Below, one piece after another: positions 25,586 to 38,218 of a stretch of 64,000 bases of DNA. The stretch covers positions 9,610,001-9,674,000 of the forward strand of contig JAQFVV010000007.1 of the NCBI GenBank assembly GCA_028023455.1, written 5' to 3'. Below the pieces are notes generated by a model. It was given only the letters and a program-made list of their open reading frames with translations. It made no database searches and was not told where the DNA came from. Positions within the stretch are counted from its first letter, which is position 1; each line of letters starts with the position of its first letter. The DNA is from Epiperipatus broadwayi. Lineage: Eukaryota > Animalia > Onychophora. The translations under genes were made by a program, and so were the position numbers.

Positions 25586-28500
25586 TGTAACAATCCGGAG
25601 AAGGCGACTTCACGTAAACTGCACTACAGGGCGCCATCTAGGCATTTGAACCTAGAAAAATTTATAAAGTAGGCAGATACGTCAGTCAAAAAAAAAAAAA
25701 AAAATTTTTTTTTTTTCAATTTTGATTCCGGTCGTTAACCCATGTCACTAGCTCAGGGAGTAGCAGAGATTTAATAATATAATATCTTATCTAATTAGAT
25801 TTCAACATTAAAAAATAAATAAAATAAGCCACTGCCAGTAATTAACACACAATCATTTATTTATGCACATATATATAAGATTTAAAACTATTTTAGTATT
25901 ACTTTTACATTTTAACATTTAACATTATTTTTAACTTTACCTTAGATTTTAATTTACATTTTAATTTCTATTATATTATAAGTTTACATTTTAATTAATT
26001 TCCCCAAACCATATATATTCAAAGCGTTGAAATAGATAAATACAATTTTAAATAAGAAAAATAATAAATCCCTAAAGCTATTTACAATGTTTATAAGTAA
26101 TGGAAGTGGTCTGAGCTCCTTTTACCCAAGTAGAAATAAATTTTACTTTGTGTGATTTGATATATATATTTCAGATTAGAGATCTTCGGTTATACAGGCA
26201 TATACTTTTACTGATGACTTTAAAACCTTTTTATTGATAGCAAACATAATAATAAAAACTATACATATATTTGCACTATGAAATATTTCACTAATTTCAT
26301 ATTTTCAACAAGTCAATGGGTTGCATTGGCTCAGATACTATATCGTACTCACCATAAGGTACTGTATCTATTTCTCTTTTGCTATAGATAAATTTCTATA
26401 CATGTATATACGTGCAGCATAATTATACACTTACTATTCTTTTAAATATAAAGTTATTAGAGTACTTGCTTACAGGGAATCTATAATAGATCAATCCCTT
26501 CTTACACGCATCTTGAGGTGTAGCAGTGACAAAAAAAAAAAAAAAAAACTTAAAAAAAAGATATACGGTTAAATACATTTTTTAGATATTCAACATGAGA
26601 TATCGTATTCACCGAATATTATAAGTGTATGTACGCATATATACGCATGTATATTTGTATATGACGAATTTCAGGAGTAACAAAGAGGAAAACGAATAGC
26701 AACAACAACAACAAAAAATCTCATTGCAACCTTTGTTGAAAATACAAGAATTTGACATAGAAAAATTGACTCAAAAGATTTAAGTAAACACTTTAACATT
26801 TATGCCCGTAATAACCGTAATTCAATATACATATGCGAGAGATAACACTCTCTCTTTTTCTTTTTAAAAGATTAATAATAATAATAATAAAAAAATAATA
26901 TTAATATATTTAATAGGAAATATCAAAGTTAATTATTTCAATATTAATAAAACATCTTAAAATAAACTTATGTCGGCGTCTTCATTCTTCTCCTCTAAGC
27001 TCTGAGTGGGCTTCAAGTCAACTGGATGTGTGGTGAGGATTTCATCCATTTAGGCATAGGCATGGCGGCTGGAACTGGCGTGGTCACATCTTGGCGGCTT
27101 GGGATAGAGAAAGGGCGGTGCACTGGCTGGTTGTCTACCCCATGGTCATTTTACTGGACTCTCTGGTAGATTGCTTCATATTTTCCTCTGTGTGTATATG
27201 ATAATAATTTTTATCAAATGTTCATTTGCTAATTTGACTGGTTCATTAAATCTTTAAGAAATCATTAGTTCTTAAAAGAACTGTATAATGGATTTCTTAG
27301 AAAGTGTCAGCAGTAGTCTTGTTCATAAATTAATCTCTAAGTAGCTGGGTGCTTGGAGAATTCTGGAGCCAAAGTAATGAACGACTTGAATGCCTACGAA
27401 AGAATGAATCTCACAGCACTGACTAAACTATATCAATCCCACTAGCCCACTGAGAAGTATGAATCAGCCAATCCTTTCAATTTATTTTATCATTTAGATT
27501 ATAACATTCCTTACAATTTTTCCAATTAAATTCTACATTTTAAGTTTGATACAATGACTCGTTTCCATATTGATTACTCCGACCACTTGCTTACAACATC
27601 AATTCAAAAGAATTTTTAAAAAGATAACAGTTTAATTATAGCATTATCAAACATTTTGCAAAAGCAATTAACATTCTTAGTTTACAGAATAAAATTAGTT
27701 TTTAGAAAAGTAATTAAAAAAATATGTACAATTACATTGGAACAATTGCTTTTCTCTATTTGAATTTTTCAGAGAAAAGCCAAATACATAAAATAACATA
27801 CCATAAAACATATACAAAAAGGAAATATAAAACCAAAAAAATACATGAGTTTACTCTACAATATTTTCTATGTCAATTTCATATTATTTAAATTGGTGTG
27901 TGTGGGTATTTTAATGCTCAGACCGAATTTCCATTATTAATATAGCACATTTATATATTTGTTGTGCTTAATACATACTTTGTGCAAGGCCATTTGATAA
28001 TGCCTGGCACAATACCCCCCTCTCCAACGAGACTTTTAAATGGGTATGACCATTTAAAGTCTTAAGATTTTATTATGCAGACTACTCACTATTTTTCTAA
28101 CTATATTTTTACTGATTTTTGTATTTCTTTTGACAATCTAAAAAGCACGATGTCGAATGGTGATAATGTGACACCTCATCCCCCATAGCATAGCTATACT
28201 CAGCCAAAACTGCACCAGCATCCCAATCCCCAGAGTCAGATAAAAGAAAACAAACAGACTGCTAACATGGAGATACCTATCCTTTCTAGAACTCTGTGAC
28301 AGCCAAGCAAAGACGAACGAACCATGAAAAATACTATCAGAATAATGTACCAAACTTCGCGGGTGCATCCATGCTCACTTTTTTGAGGCTGACAGGATAT
28401 TTTGCAACCACAAACGAAGGGCAATGAATTTATATATATAAGAAGAGTTGAAGTTAATGCTCCTCTGCTCCTTTTATACGAGACTTACGAGTACATTTGC

Positions 28501-30540
28501 ATTACTCCAAATGAGTCCCAGAGAATATTTTCTCTGCTAAAAGAATTGCTCGCATTTTTGCGTGGCGAAAAGTGTTCGTTCACCAGAGGCCACAGAGACT
28601 CCAGATCACACAGACATCTCCAGCCAACCCCTGCGTTTCCCCCATCTCCAAATCCCCAGCTCACGAAATGCCGATACGAATCAACCTATACACACAATGC
28701 TTGAGAGACAAACGTTCACAAGTAACCTACAACATCTAACCATAAAGACTCCTAAATTATTTGATCTGATTATTTATCATGTTTACCTAATATTAAGTTT
28801 TAACGTTCTTATGTCTGTTTAATAGCTATACTTTCATTATATTTCACTCTCTTTTTAAAACAAAAACAATAAACTCAATTGTAAGTTATTTTAAAATATT
28901 ACGCTATAACAAATTATTACTTTTATTTGTAATAACCATTTATAGAAATCCTCCATCCATATTTATATATGCGTATATATGCAAAGTGTGACATTATTTT
29001 TCCCCAACTCATTCATTTAATAGTTTTTATTTCTATTTTAATTTCACAAGTTGACTGACGTATCTGCCTACTTTATAAATTTTTCTAGGTTCAAATGCCT
29101 AGATGGCGCCCTGTAGTGCAGTTTACATGAAGTCGCCTTCTCCGGATTGTTACAATTGGGCCCCACGTTGGGCGCCAGTTTTACTGTACCGGACCATACT
29201 CCCTGCGGAATTCTTTTCCTAATCTTGCACTGAGCATGAAGTGACCAAGATTCAACAGGTAAAGAAATGGATATCAATTTAGCCGATTGTCTGTACTCAT
29301 GTATATTGGTACTTCTAGCTAAATTGATAGAAAGAGTGGATTGACAGGACTCTTCCAGTTAAAAACACACTTTAGTTGATATCTTATTTGAATGCCCGAA
29401 TATTTAGAACAATGGCAAGTACACACCTTTGAAAAATCTAATAAAATGTTAGCGACCCGGTTTAAAGTGAAAATTGTTAAGCAATTATTAAGATAAAAGA
29501 ATCTGTACTCTATATAACGAAATATCAACCATCAATATATTACATGTATATTTATTTAAAATTACTTTTAAGTCTATTTTACTTATACACTATACTTATA
29601 GAATACAGTGTTTGCGTTTGATTTATTGCTAACAATTTGAATCGTAAATATATATTAAATATCCGTCGCTACAAAGAATAAACTATCATTTTGGAATTGC
29701 CATTTAATCTGAGTAAAAACTGGCGCACGTGTTTTAAATGTAAAAATGGTACGATTAAGGAAAGAACACGTTAAAATTATATAAATGTATAAATTACAGT
29801 AAAAATAATTTACGTGCCATGTGTATATATAAACTTTATGTAGGTGAGTTAAAAACTAAATTAAGTTTGACTACATATATAAGAGAAATTATATAAAATT
29901 CGATCTTTTTTTTAAAAATATATAGTGTAATTAATAGGCTGTACAAATGAACACGCTTAGTTTGCTATATATATATTTTTTGAAGATATTCTTAGTTAAT
30001 TAAAAATATTTTATTCAGAAATTTGCAGTTCCAAAATGATAGTTTATTCTTTGTAGCGACGGATATTTAATATATATTTACGATTCAAATTGTTAGCAAT
30101 AAATCAAACGCAAACACTGTATTCTATAAGTATAGTGTATAAGTAAAATAGACTTAAAAGTAATTTTAAATAAATATACATGTAATATATTGATGGTTGA
30201 TATTTCGTTATATAGAGTACAGATTCTTTTATCTTAATAATTGCTTAACAATTTTCACTTTAAACCGGGTCGCTAACATTTTATTAGATTTTTCAAAGGT
30301 GTGTACTTGCCATTGTTCTAAATATTCGGGCATTCAAATAAGATATCAACTAAAGGGTGTTTTTAACTGGAAGAGTCCTGTCAATCCACTCTTTCTATCA
30401 ATTTAGCTAGAAGTACCAATACACATGAGTACAGACAATCGGCTAAATTGATATCCATTTCTTTACCTGTTGAATCTTGGTCACTTCATGCTCAGTGCAA
30501 GATTAGGAAAAGAATTCTGCAGGGAGTATGGTCCGGTACA
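25586..30540. mobile_element. Rearranged non-coding LTR-retroelement-like unit with nested inverted repeats
   Basis: Starts TGTAACA and ends GGTACA; 4-bp TSD ATAC (25582-25585, 30541-30544). IR pair A: 25586-25689 / 29051-29154. IR pair C: 29185-29700 / 30025-30540. tRNA-Lys PBS between A and C. Confidence 0.75.
29160..29177 (-). promoter_or_regulatory. Primer-binding site complementary to the tRNA-Lys(CUU) 3' end
   Basis: Minus strand reads TGGCGCCCAACGTGGGGC, an 18/18 match to the canonical Lys1,2 PBS. Confidence 0.9.
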
Positions 30541-31273
30541 ATACGCTTTCTAAATATAAACATTATGATAATTTAAACTAATTTTTTTTAAAAAAATCTA
30601 TCTGTGCAAAATTAAGGTGCTGTTGATATACCACAATTGTCAAGAGATAAATTTACAATTACTACTTGCAATAAAGTCTACCCTATATACATAAATGCTT
30701 TTATGCAATAGAAATAGAAGCAAATGACAGTCTACTAAAATTCATAGATTAAATATATTAATAAGGGATAAAAATTTCTATCTGACCACCCTTATTAAAA
30801 AGAACTGTTAAAAATCTCACAGAAAGAACATCTGCAATAAAAAGACAATATTTTGAAACAGTATTACTAATTATTTATCTACTCTTTATATATTGTAGGC
30901 AGTGGCCAACCCTGGCCATGCCAATTTTAGAAACTCCTTAAGTTTAATCTATATTAATTAATTGAGAAATATAATTTAATTTTCCCAAGTTTTTTTAAAA
31001 TAATAATAATAATAATGAGTATTTGATTTATTTAAACATTTTCTTCATCAAATGATAATATGAGAATTTTCAAACATTTCTTAAACATAAGATGAATATT
31101 ATTATAAATTGTAAATATTTGTAAGAGATAAAAATATAAAATCAAATGGTAATAGTATGAAAACTTAATCCTATGTCTGATGGCGCTGTTTTTCACAAAA
31201 AGCACAATAATATACAGTTTTAGAGGCCTTAAGTTATTGCTGACAGTACAAGTATTTTTTGAGCCGTAACAGG

Positions 31274-31401
31274 CCACCTGAGGATGATGTATTGCCCATT
31301 GCATTGCAACAGTATTTGTCAAGTGAGCGCTCTTGAACCACCTGAGGATGATGTATTGCCCATTGCATTGCGACAGTATTTGTCAAGTGAGCGCTCTTGA
31401 A
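31274..31401 (+). repeat. 64-bp tandem duplication with a hammerhead-like core remnant
   Basis: CCACCTGAGGATGATGTATTGCCCATTGCATTGC(A/G)ACAGTATTTGTCAAGTGAGCGCTCTTGAA twice (31274, 31338) with one mismatch. Confidence 0.9.
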
Positions 31402-33739
31402 CTCTCGCTACAATCTGATTTGATGGTGGCCGTATTTGAAATAGACAAAACTTTGCAAAAAGTCATTGTCGGAAATTTTTTAGAAAGCGTAGTGGAATTA
31501 GTATTCCATATTAAAAAAAGCCATGTTGAGACACACGTTTCCCTACACTTTTCAACTGCACACAACTTGAAAAGGTTCTTTTCAGCAGAGTTTTTTCCCG
31601 ATTTCGCACGCAAATGCCTGTTTATGAGTGAATCTCTGTGAGAACTGTCAAATGACGCCTGAAAGATGTCCGAATTGGTTGAAGCTGAGTGAACTGCTGG
31701 CCGACCACACAAGTGGTCGCACAATATTGTGTTTTCCCAGAAAGAGAAACTCCTGCAAGCGTACCTAAGTAGGTCTGCGTAAGGGAAGTTGTTGGTTCGA
31801 AGGCTTCAAAATCCTGTTACTTACAGCTTTGAGGCTTCCCTGTTATTTTATTTGCGTGTTACTTTTGGTTGCTGTTTTTTATGCCCCCATAATGGCGGTG
31901 GTTCTCTTTTTTACTTGTTTTGCTTCACAACTTGTCCAAACTTTAGTTTCTTTTTGATTCAATACATTATTTTATGGGGAAACTTGTTGTTCACATGATT
32001 ATAAAGGAGGTAGGTAATATTTGATAAGTTTCATTAACAGTTACAGTAGGTAATATTTTATTATACCAAAAAAAAAAAGAGAAGTGTTTAAGAGTTTATT
32101 CAAAAGGCCCCACCAAAAAATAATAATAATAATAAAGAACTGTGTAGTAACATAATAAAATGTTAAAAAAAAAAAATCCAAAAAGAAGTCGATAATTAAA
32201 ACTGAAAACAAACCTTCCCTGCCACTTCACCCATCTTCCCCGGCTTAAAAAGTGTTCTTTAAAAATGAACTGTTTATGTCTTTTTTTTAAAAATAAAAGG
32301 CCCAAAAAATTAAGGAAGAACTTTTTGCTATCATATAAAGCTTTCTGTAGTGTAAAGATTTGAAACCAAAAAAAAAAGAGCCTCCAATAAATTAACAACT
32401 AAAAAAAAAGACAATTCAAAATCAAAACAATCCCTCTCCCCTCCACCTTCTAAAAAACCAAGTGTTGGTTTATTCAAAAGTACCGAATTGTTGAAGTCTT
32501 TCAGCAAATCAAAACATCAACCAAAAATAAAAAGAAAATAAGTTAAAAGCAAACAACCAATCCCACTCCACCATCTAAAAACACCAGTGTTTGTTACCAT
32601 ATTTTTGTGTAAACAAACCGACAGAGTGTTAATTGATAAATTAAAAGCTAACCAACACCCCTACACCATCTAAAAACAAAGTGTTTGTTTCTTAAAAAAA
32701 AAATGAACCAAAAAAAAACTGTGTGAGTCTGGATTGTAATTGGTTGGAGATAAGAGTTGTTCCAAAAATAAGGGAGTGGACAAATAAATCAAGATGTCAA
32801 TGTCTTGTAAGAGGTAACAATCAAACTGAAGAGGACAGTAGAAAAAATCTTGATTCAGCTATGAAGTTTAGCTGTAATTTTTTTCTAAAATGAAGACAAT
32901 TATATGCTAAGTTTAGAAACAAGCTAAACATCATATCCATGAAGTAATCTGCAACAAGCCTTGTCTACACCCATGAGCATGAGTGTCTATTTTTACATGT
33001 TAACCTGACCTGTAAAATTAGAAAAGAAAACAAATTGTTAGCCTGAGAATATTGTATAGCAGAATGGATAAAATAATTGTGTACATTAGCCTGAAACTGA
33101 CAAGCTTTCAGGAAGAAAACCTATATGGAAACTGGAAATGTCTCAAAGGAATCAAAAAGAAAATAAACCATGACAAACAGTATTTTTTAATGTGCACATT
33201 ATCCCTACAATTATAATTTTTTTATAAAAACAATACTCATTTTCTATGAAACATTTTTTTTCATTTAACCCCCCCCCCAACTATAAAGGGCTTTAGCTAA
33301 TTAAAAAATTTTGTTAGGTAAAAAAAATTTTTTTTTTAAATTGATCATATTGAATAATTTTTATTAATTTAACATACACTTTTGAAACATGACTTTTATT
33401 ATTCATTTAGTTTCCATTCAAAATTTTAAAAAGGTTTACAGGTAATTTAAATTATTAAATTTAACATTTCCTTTGAAACATTTTTTTCATTCATTTAATT
33501 TTCTCTCCAAAGATATACAGAGTTAAGCTAATTTCAAATGCCTTATCTGATTGTGAAAAGTTTTCCAACTTTTGTTATTTAAAATAAAATAATGAAAGCA
33601 AAATTAATTTAGAGAATAAAATCAACTGCTTAGTCATTTTTTTAAATATGCAACTATACTTTTTGATAATGTATAAATTTAAATTATATTATATTATTTT
33701 TTTATTAATGCGTTAGTTTATTAAACTGTTTAAAAATGT

Positions 33740-33885
33740 TCTAGTAATATTATTCCCCCAGCTATCTGTTCTATGAACTGAGAGTGTGGGTGATTTGATT
33801 CCATAACAGCAATCTAGTAATATTATTCCCCCAGCTATCTGTTCTATGAACTGAGAGTGTGGGTGATTTGATTCCATAACAGCAA
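33740..33885. repeat. ~73-bp perfect tandem duplication
   Basis: TCTAGTAATATTATTCCCCCAGCTATCTGTTCTATGAACTGAGAGTGTGGGTGATTTGATTCCATAACAGCAA twice. Confidence 0.9.
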
Positions 33886-36800
33886 AGTGTTTTAGGAATT
33901 TTAAAATTTCAGTAAAATTATTTTAATAGTAAGCTTTTATAATTATCTTTCTCTTGTTCACAATTATAGTTACTAGTCTTATTATCTTGAGCTAGTTCTA
34001 GAGCATAATGGTTAGTTATATGGTGGTACGGGTTTGTTTATTTGAACATCCAGATAACTCTAGATTGTGCAAAGGTATCATCTATAAAGTCCATTCATTG
34101 CATTTTTTATTTTTAGAAAAAATTAAAATGTGACACATTCTACCCTAAATTTAGAAGTGATTAGATATGTAGCCTGTTTTTAAGAGACCTCTCTTAAATT
34201 TAGTCACAAGAATGAATGCTGATCATTTATTATTTGTATAATTTCTGGTAATATTAAAGATTATTAGTATTAGATTACCTATTTTATTATTCTTTTCTGA
34301 TCACATGAACTCATGTTACTTCCTTCATGGGGATGATGCTTTCCCATGTGACCCCTTCTCTCCATACCATTACAATATAAAATCATGACAATTTTATGCA
34401 ACATACTAAATTGGAGTTATTTTAAATTCATATTCGATAAGTAATTTTATAGTTAAAATATATAAATTAGTTTTCTTCTTTACTGCATTTAAATTAATGC
34501 TATTATGTTAGATAAATATTTACTGAGATTTAAAGTTGACTAAAGCTTAAGAAATGAAGTGAGACGATTTTATGTAACATGTTAAATTGGGGTTATTGGA
34601 AGTTGTTACAATTTATATTTATTTTATGTATTCTAGTCTTTAGGAAACTTTCAGTATTATAAATATTCTTATTTTAAGATATTAAGTACACTTATTATGT
34701 TACATGTGCTCGATTTTTTATTACTGACATTGAAAGTTGGGAAAAGCTTAAGATATTTGAATTTTTCAACATTTTCATTTTTAATTTAAATTAATGTTAG
34801 ATAAATGTTCATTTACACTCTTTATTATTCTCACTGAAAGTAGTTTTAATCTTTCATCATTTATTTATTTTTTATCTTAAAAAAAAAAAACAAATGAAGT
34901 TAAAATATAAAAATGTACATTTAATTGCTTTTTATAATTTTCTATTAAAATTAATATTATTGAAATTCTCTACTTAAATTAATGTTATTGTGTTAGATAA
35001 ATGTTGTAGATTCCATTCCATCAATAATTTATCTGAGAATTATTTTAGCCTGCCATGATGTACATGCAGCACCAAAAATGCCAAAGACCAGAACTCCCTA
35101 GTACATATATATAATTAAAATGTTGCATTTATTCACACAAATGCATTAAAAAATAGAATAAAAAACAACTTAAAATTTCATAAATAAAAATGGAGTTTAG
35201 ACCCTATTTACCATCGCTTGCAGCATTTAGCTGATACAATTTCTAAACAAGATTGCACCATGCTTTTATTTGTAAAGTTTCTAATTTTTAGTTTTAATGT
35301 AATGAAAAAAATTTAGATACAATTAAATAATGCTACATGTCAGTGCCATAAAAAATAATGAATCCCATATAAAATTAAAAAATTCAATATTTTTTCATTG
35401 TTTGCAAACACTACATGTATTACCATTGAGATGTATGAATGCAAAATTTCAACTAAACTGGAAATTGAAAAGTTGGTAATAACCGAATTATATTTCTCAG
35501 AACAGATAAAGAATAAAAAAATCATGAGTAAAAATGAAATAAAAGTATATAAAATGCAACAACTTGCAACATTTAAGAGATACTACTAATTTCTTAGCAA
35601 TTTTCTAATAATGATCAAAATATTTTTTTTTTTTACCAATTGCAATAGAGGGTAAAAATAGATTTATATCAACTAAATGTTCATGGACCTTTAAGCCAGA
35701 AGATGGCAGTTTTCAAATTTGAGAATGTAAATATACAAATAGGAGCAATCTTTTAAGGAAAAAAATGAATTTGCAATAGTTTTTACAAATTGTTTTGCAT
35801 TCATGTAATTTAAATTATTATTCTATCCAGAATGATTTGGTACAGTAGTAGATAGATTCTGGAGCCGAAAATGAAGGGATCTGTTCAATTTTGTCACTTT
35901 CAGTGCTCAAACTCTGAACAATAAACGATTGAATTATATTTAATCATTATCCTGACTGCAGACCTATGAATTAGAAAAACAACTTAAAAAGAAGTAATTG
36001 ATATAAAAACTGAAGGATAGAATGCTGAGTAACATAATAAATTAAATTTAGTTAAATTGTAAGTACAAAAAAATTTGAATAAATAAACCTTTATGTACAA
36101 TAATACAAAGATTCAATATGTAGAAACTTTCAAAAAAAAATACTGCAATGGTGAATTTATCATTATGTTCATGTTTTAAATAAAATAATTACTATCAATG
36201 ACACCCTAACAAATGATGTAATCAGTAAATGCATCATTTTTCATATATGTATAAAGTTAGCTGCCTATATCCCTGACCATTTGATTCAAAGCCTTTGTGT
36301 AGATGCCTCAATTTTCACATATCATTTTTAGTAAATATATATATGCACCCATATTTTCTCTAGAAGTTATTAATATAATTACTTATTTCAAACACAAGAT
36401 TGTCAATGATTTAGGATTTCCTATTGTGAGTGTAACTTAAAATTGTACTCACACCAATCTTTAGCAGCCTATAGTGTTAGGTTATGTCAGGTCAATGTTT
36501 ATATCTGGCTAAAGTGATGTTTTGCTAACATACTATTTGTGAAATCTGAATAAATAAATACGCATATCTATATAGGCATAATATACCAGTACTGCATTAA
36601 GTAGTTGAGTAATAAGTCGCGTATGGGAAAATTTAATATACATGTAATAGAATAAGGCAAATCCCAATTGTTAGAAGCAAAATTAAACCACTAAAAAATT
36701 AGTACAAATATATGTATAATGATACTTCATTTGTGTTAAATGTTATACACGTCACAAGCAAGGATAGAATGATGATGCAGACTGTAATAATCTAACTTAG

Positions 36801-37270
36801 TAATGATCAAGGGTCAAGTATTTCACCAAGCAACCTAAGATAAGAATGAAATAATGTATAAGGTAATTTCTTGAATCAATTATTGCGATATAGATATATG
36901 GATAACAATAGGCACATACAACAAGGAAATGAAAGGTTTTGTATACTATGAAACAGACACATTGACTATAAAAAAAATGCAATTATAATCCTTTCCTCTT
37001 CAATATTATATGTTTGGTATGGAAAGCTAATTTTTTTGAACCAGAGATTTGGAACACCATACAAAATGGAGATTTTAGTTCGAATGTATTAATTGTATAA
37101 ACACAAATTTAGCGCAAGATTTAATGAAGCAAAATGACTTTTACTATAGATAAAGTAAAAAAATTAATGAGAGTAATCAAATATATTCTTGGAAAAAAAT
37201 TTCTAAATTTCCAAAATAAAATTAGAGAAATTAAAGCAAAATGTTTAATTACGGCTGAATTTAGGAGATA

Positions 37271-38218
37271 CACCTGGGTCTCGTTTTACGCGATAGATAG
37301 GTTTCTCAGAAAACATGCGCAAAAACAGACGTAACTTACCGTGAAAAAGGGGGGATATATACTGTGATTTTTCAAACATCGCGTAAAAGCAAAACACCAA
37401 CGTAAAATTACTTTAAAATTCACGCAAAAAAAAAATAAGGAAATAAAATATGACTAATAAAAAATTTCAAATTTGAAAAAAATTGATACAAGACAAACTT
37501 TTTTTAACTATAATATTTAATTTTATTCAAAACAATATATTTTTATGCATAATTTGCAGTAATTTACATTTTTTTATACACATTGTAATTATTATCGCTA
37601 TTTGCCGTTAAACAGGTTCGTTTGCAAACTGGTAAAAAATCAGATTCTTCACAAGAGAAAATACAATTAGCGCCAACGTCACTCTCATGTTGTGTTAATG
37701 ATTTTCTGGTGACAACGTAATTAGTAATTAATCTAACAACTAAAAATTTAATTCTTATTTTTGTCTTTAATTTTTTAATTTTCAATTTTAATTGTGCCCA
37801 CTGCTATTACTCACCTTTTAAAAATAAACTTGCGGACACTAAATGATTAATAATTGATTACGTTATTTTTTAAAAAGCAAAAACAGAATGTGGTTTAAAA
37901 AGCAAAATTAACACGCACGTTTGAACAAATTTACATTATAATCTTGTAAAATTTAATGTGTGTATACATAAAATGTGGAAATCATGATTTTAATTTCATT
38001 ACTGCATAAAATCTTACTATTATGAAGCACTGAAAATATTGAAATTACTAAGATGAAAGTCGAATTCCAATAATGTGCTATTACTTTCAATATGACATAA
38101 GTGCGTGAAATTTATTATTTAAAGTAATAGCGCATTATCAGAGTTCGACTTCCGGAGAAACGTGAATCGCATAACTTCAAAATCGCGTTAAATAAATCCG
38201 CGTAAAGAGACCCAGGTG
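37271..38218. mobile_element. pogo/Tigger-like (Tc1/mariner) non-autonomous element
   Basis: TIRs CACCTGGGTCTCGTTTTACGCG / CGCGTAAAGAGACCCAGGTG, flanked by TA on both sides; CpG-rich interior; no intact transposase. Confidence 0.8.

Noticed and set aside
29713-29733. GTAAAAACTGGCGCACGTG as a second PBS
   Set aside because: It needs a 3-nt deletion to match the Lys PBS and is not preceded by an LTR-type CA end; may be chance.
32700-33041. Strong minus-strand splice acceptor (CTAAC branch, pyrimidine tract, ACAG at 33010-33011)
   Set aside because: All three frames stop within ~15 codons. It could be a UTR or lncRNA exon but cannot be supported without RNA data.
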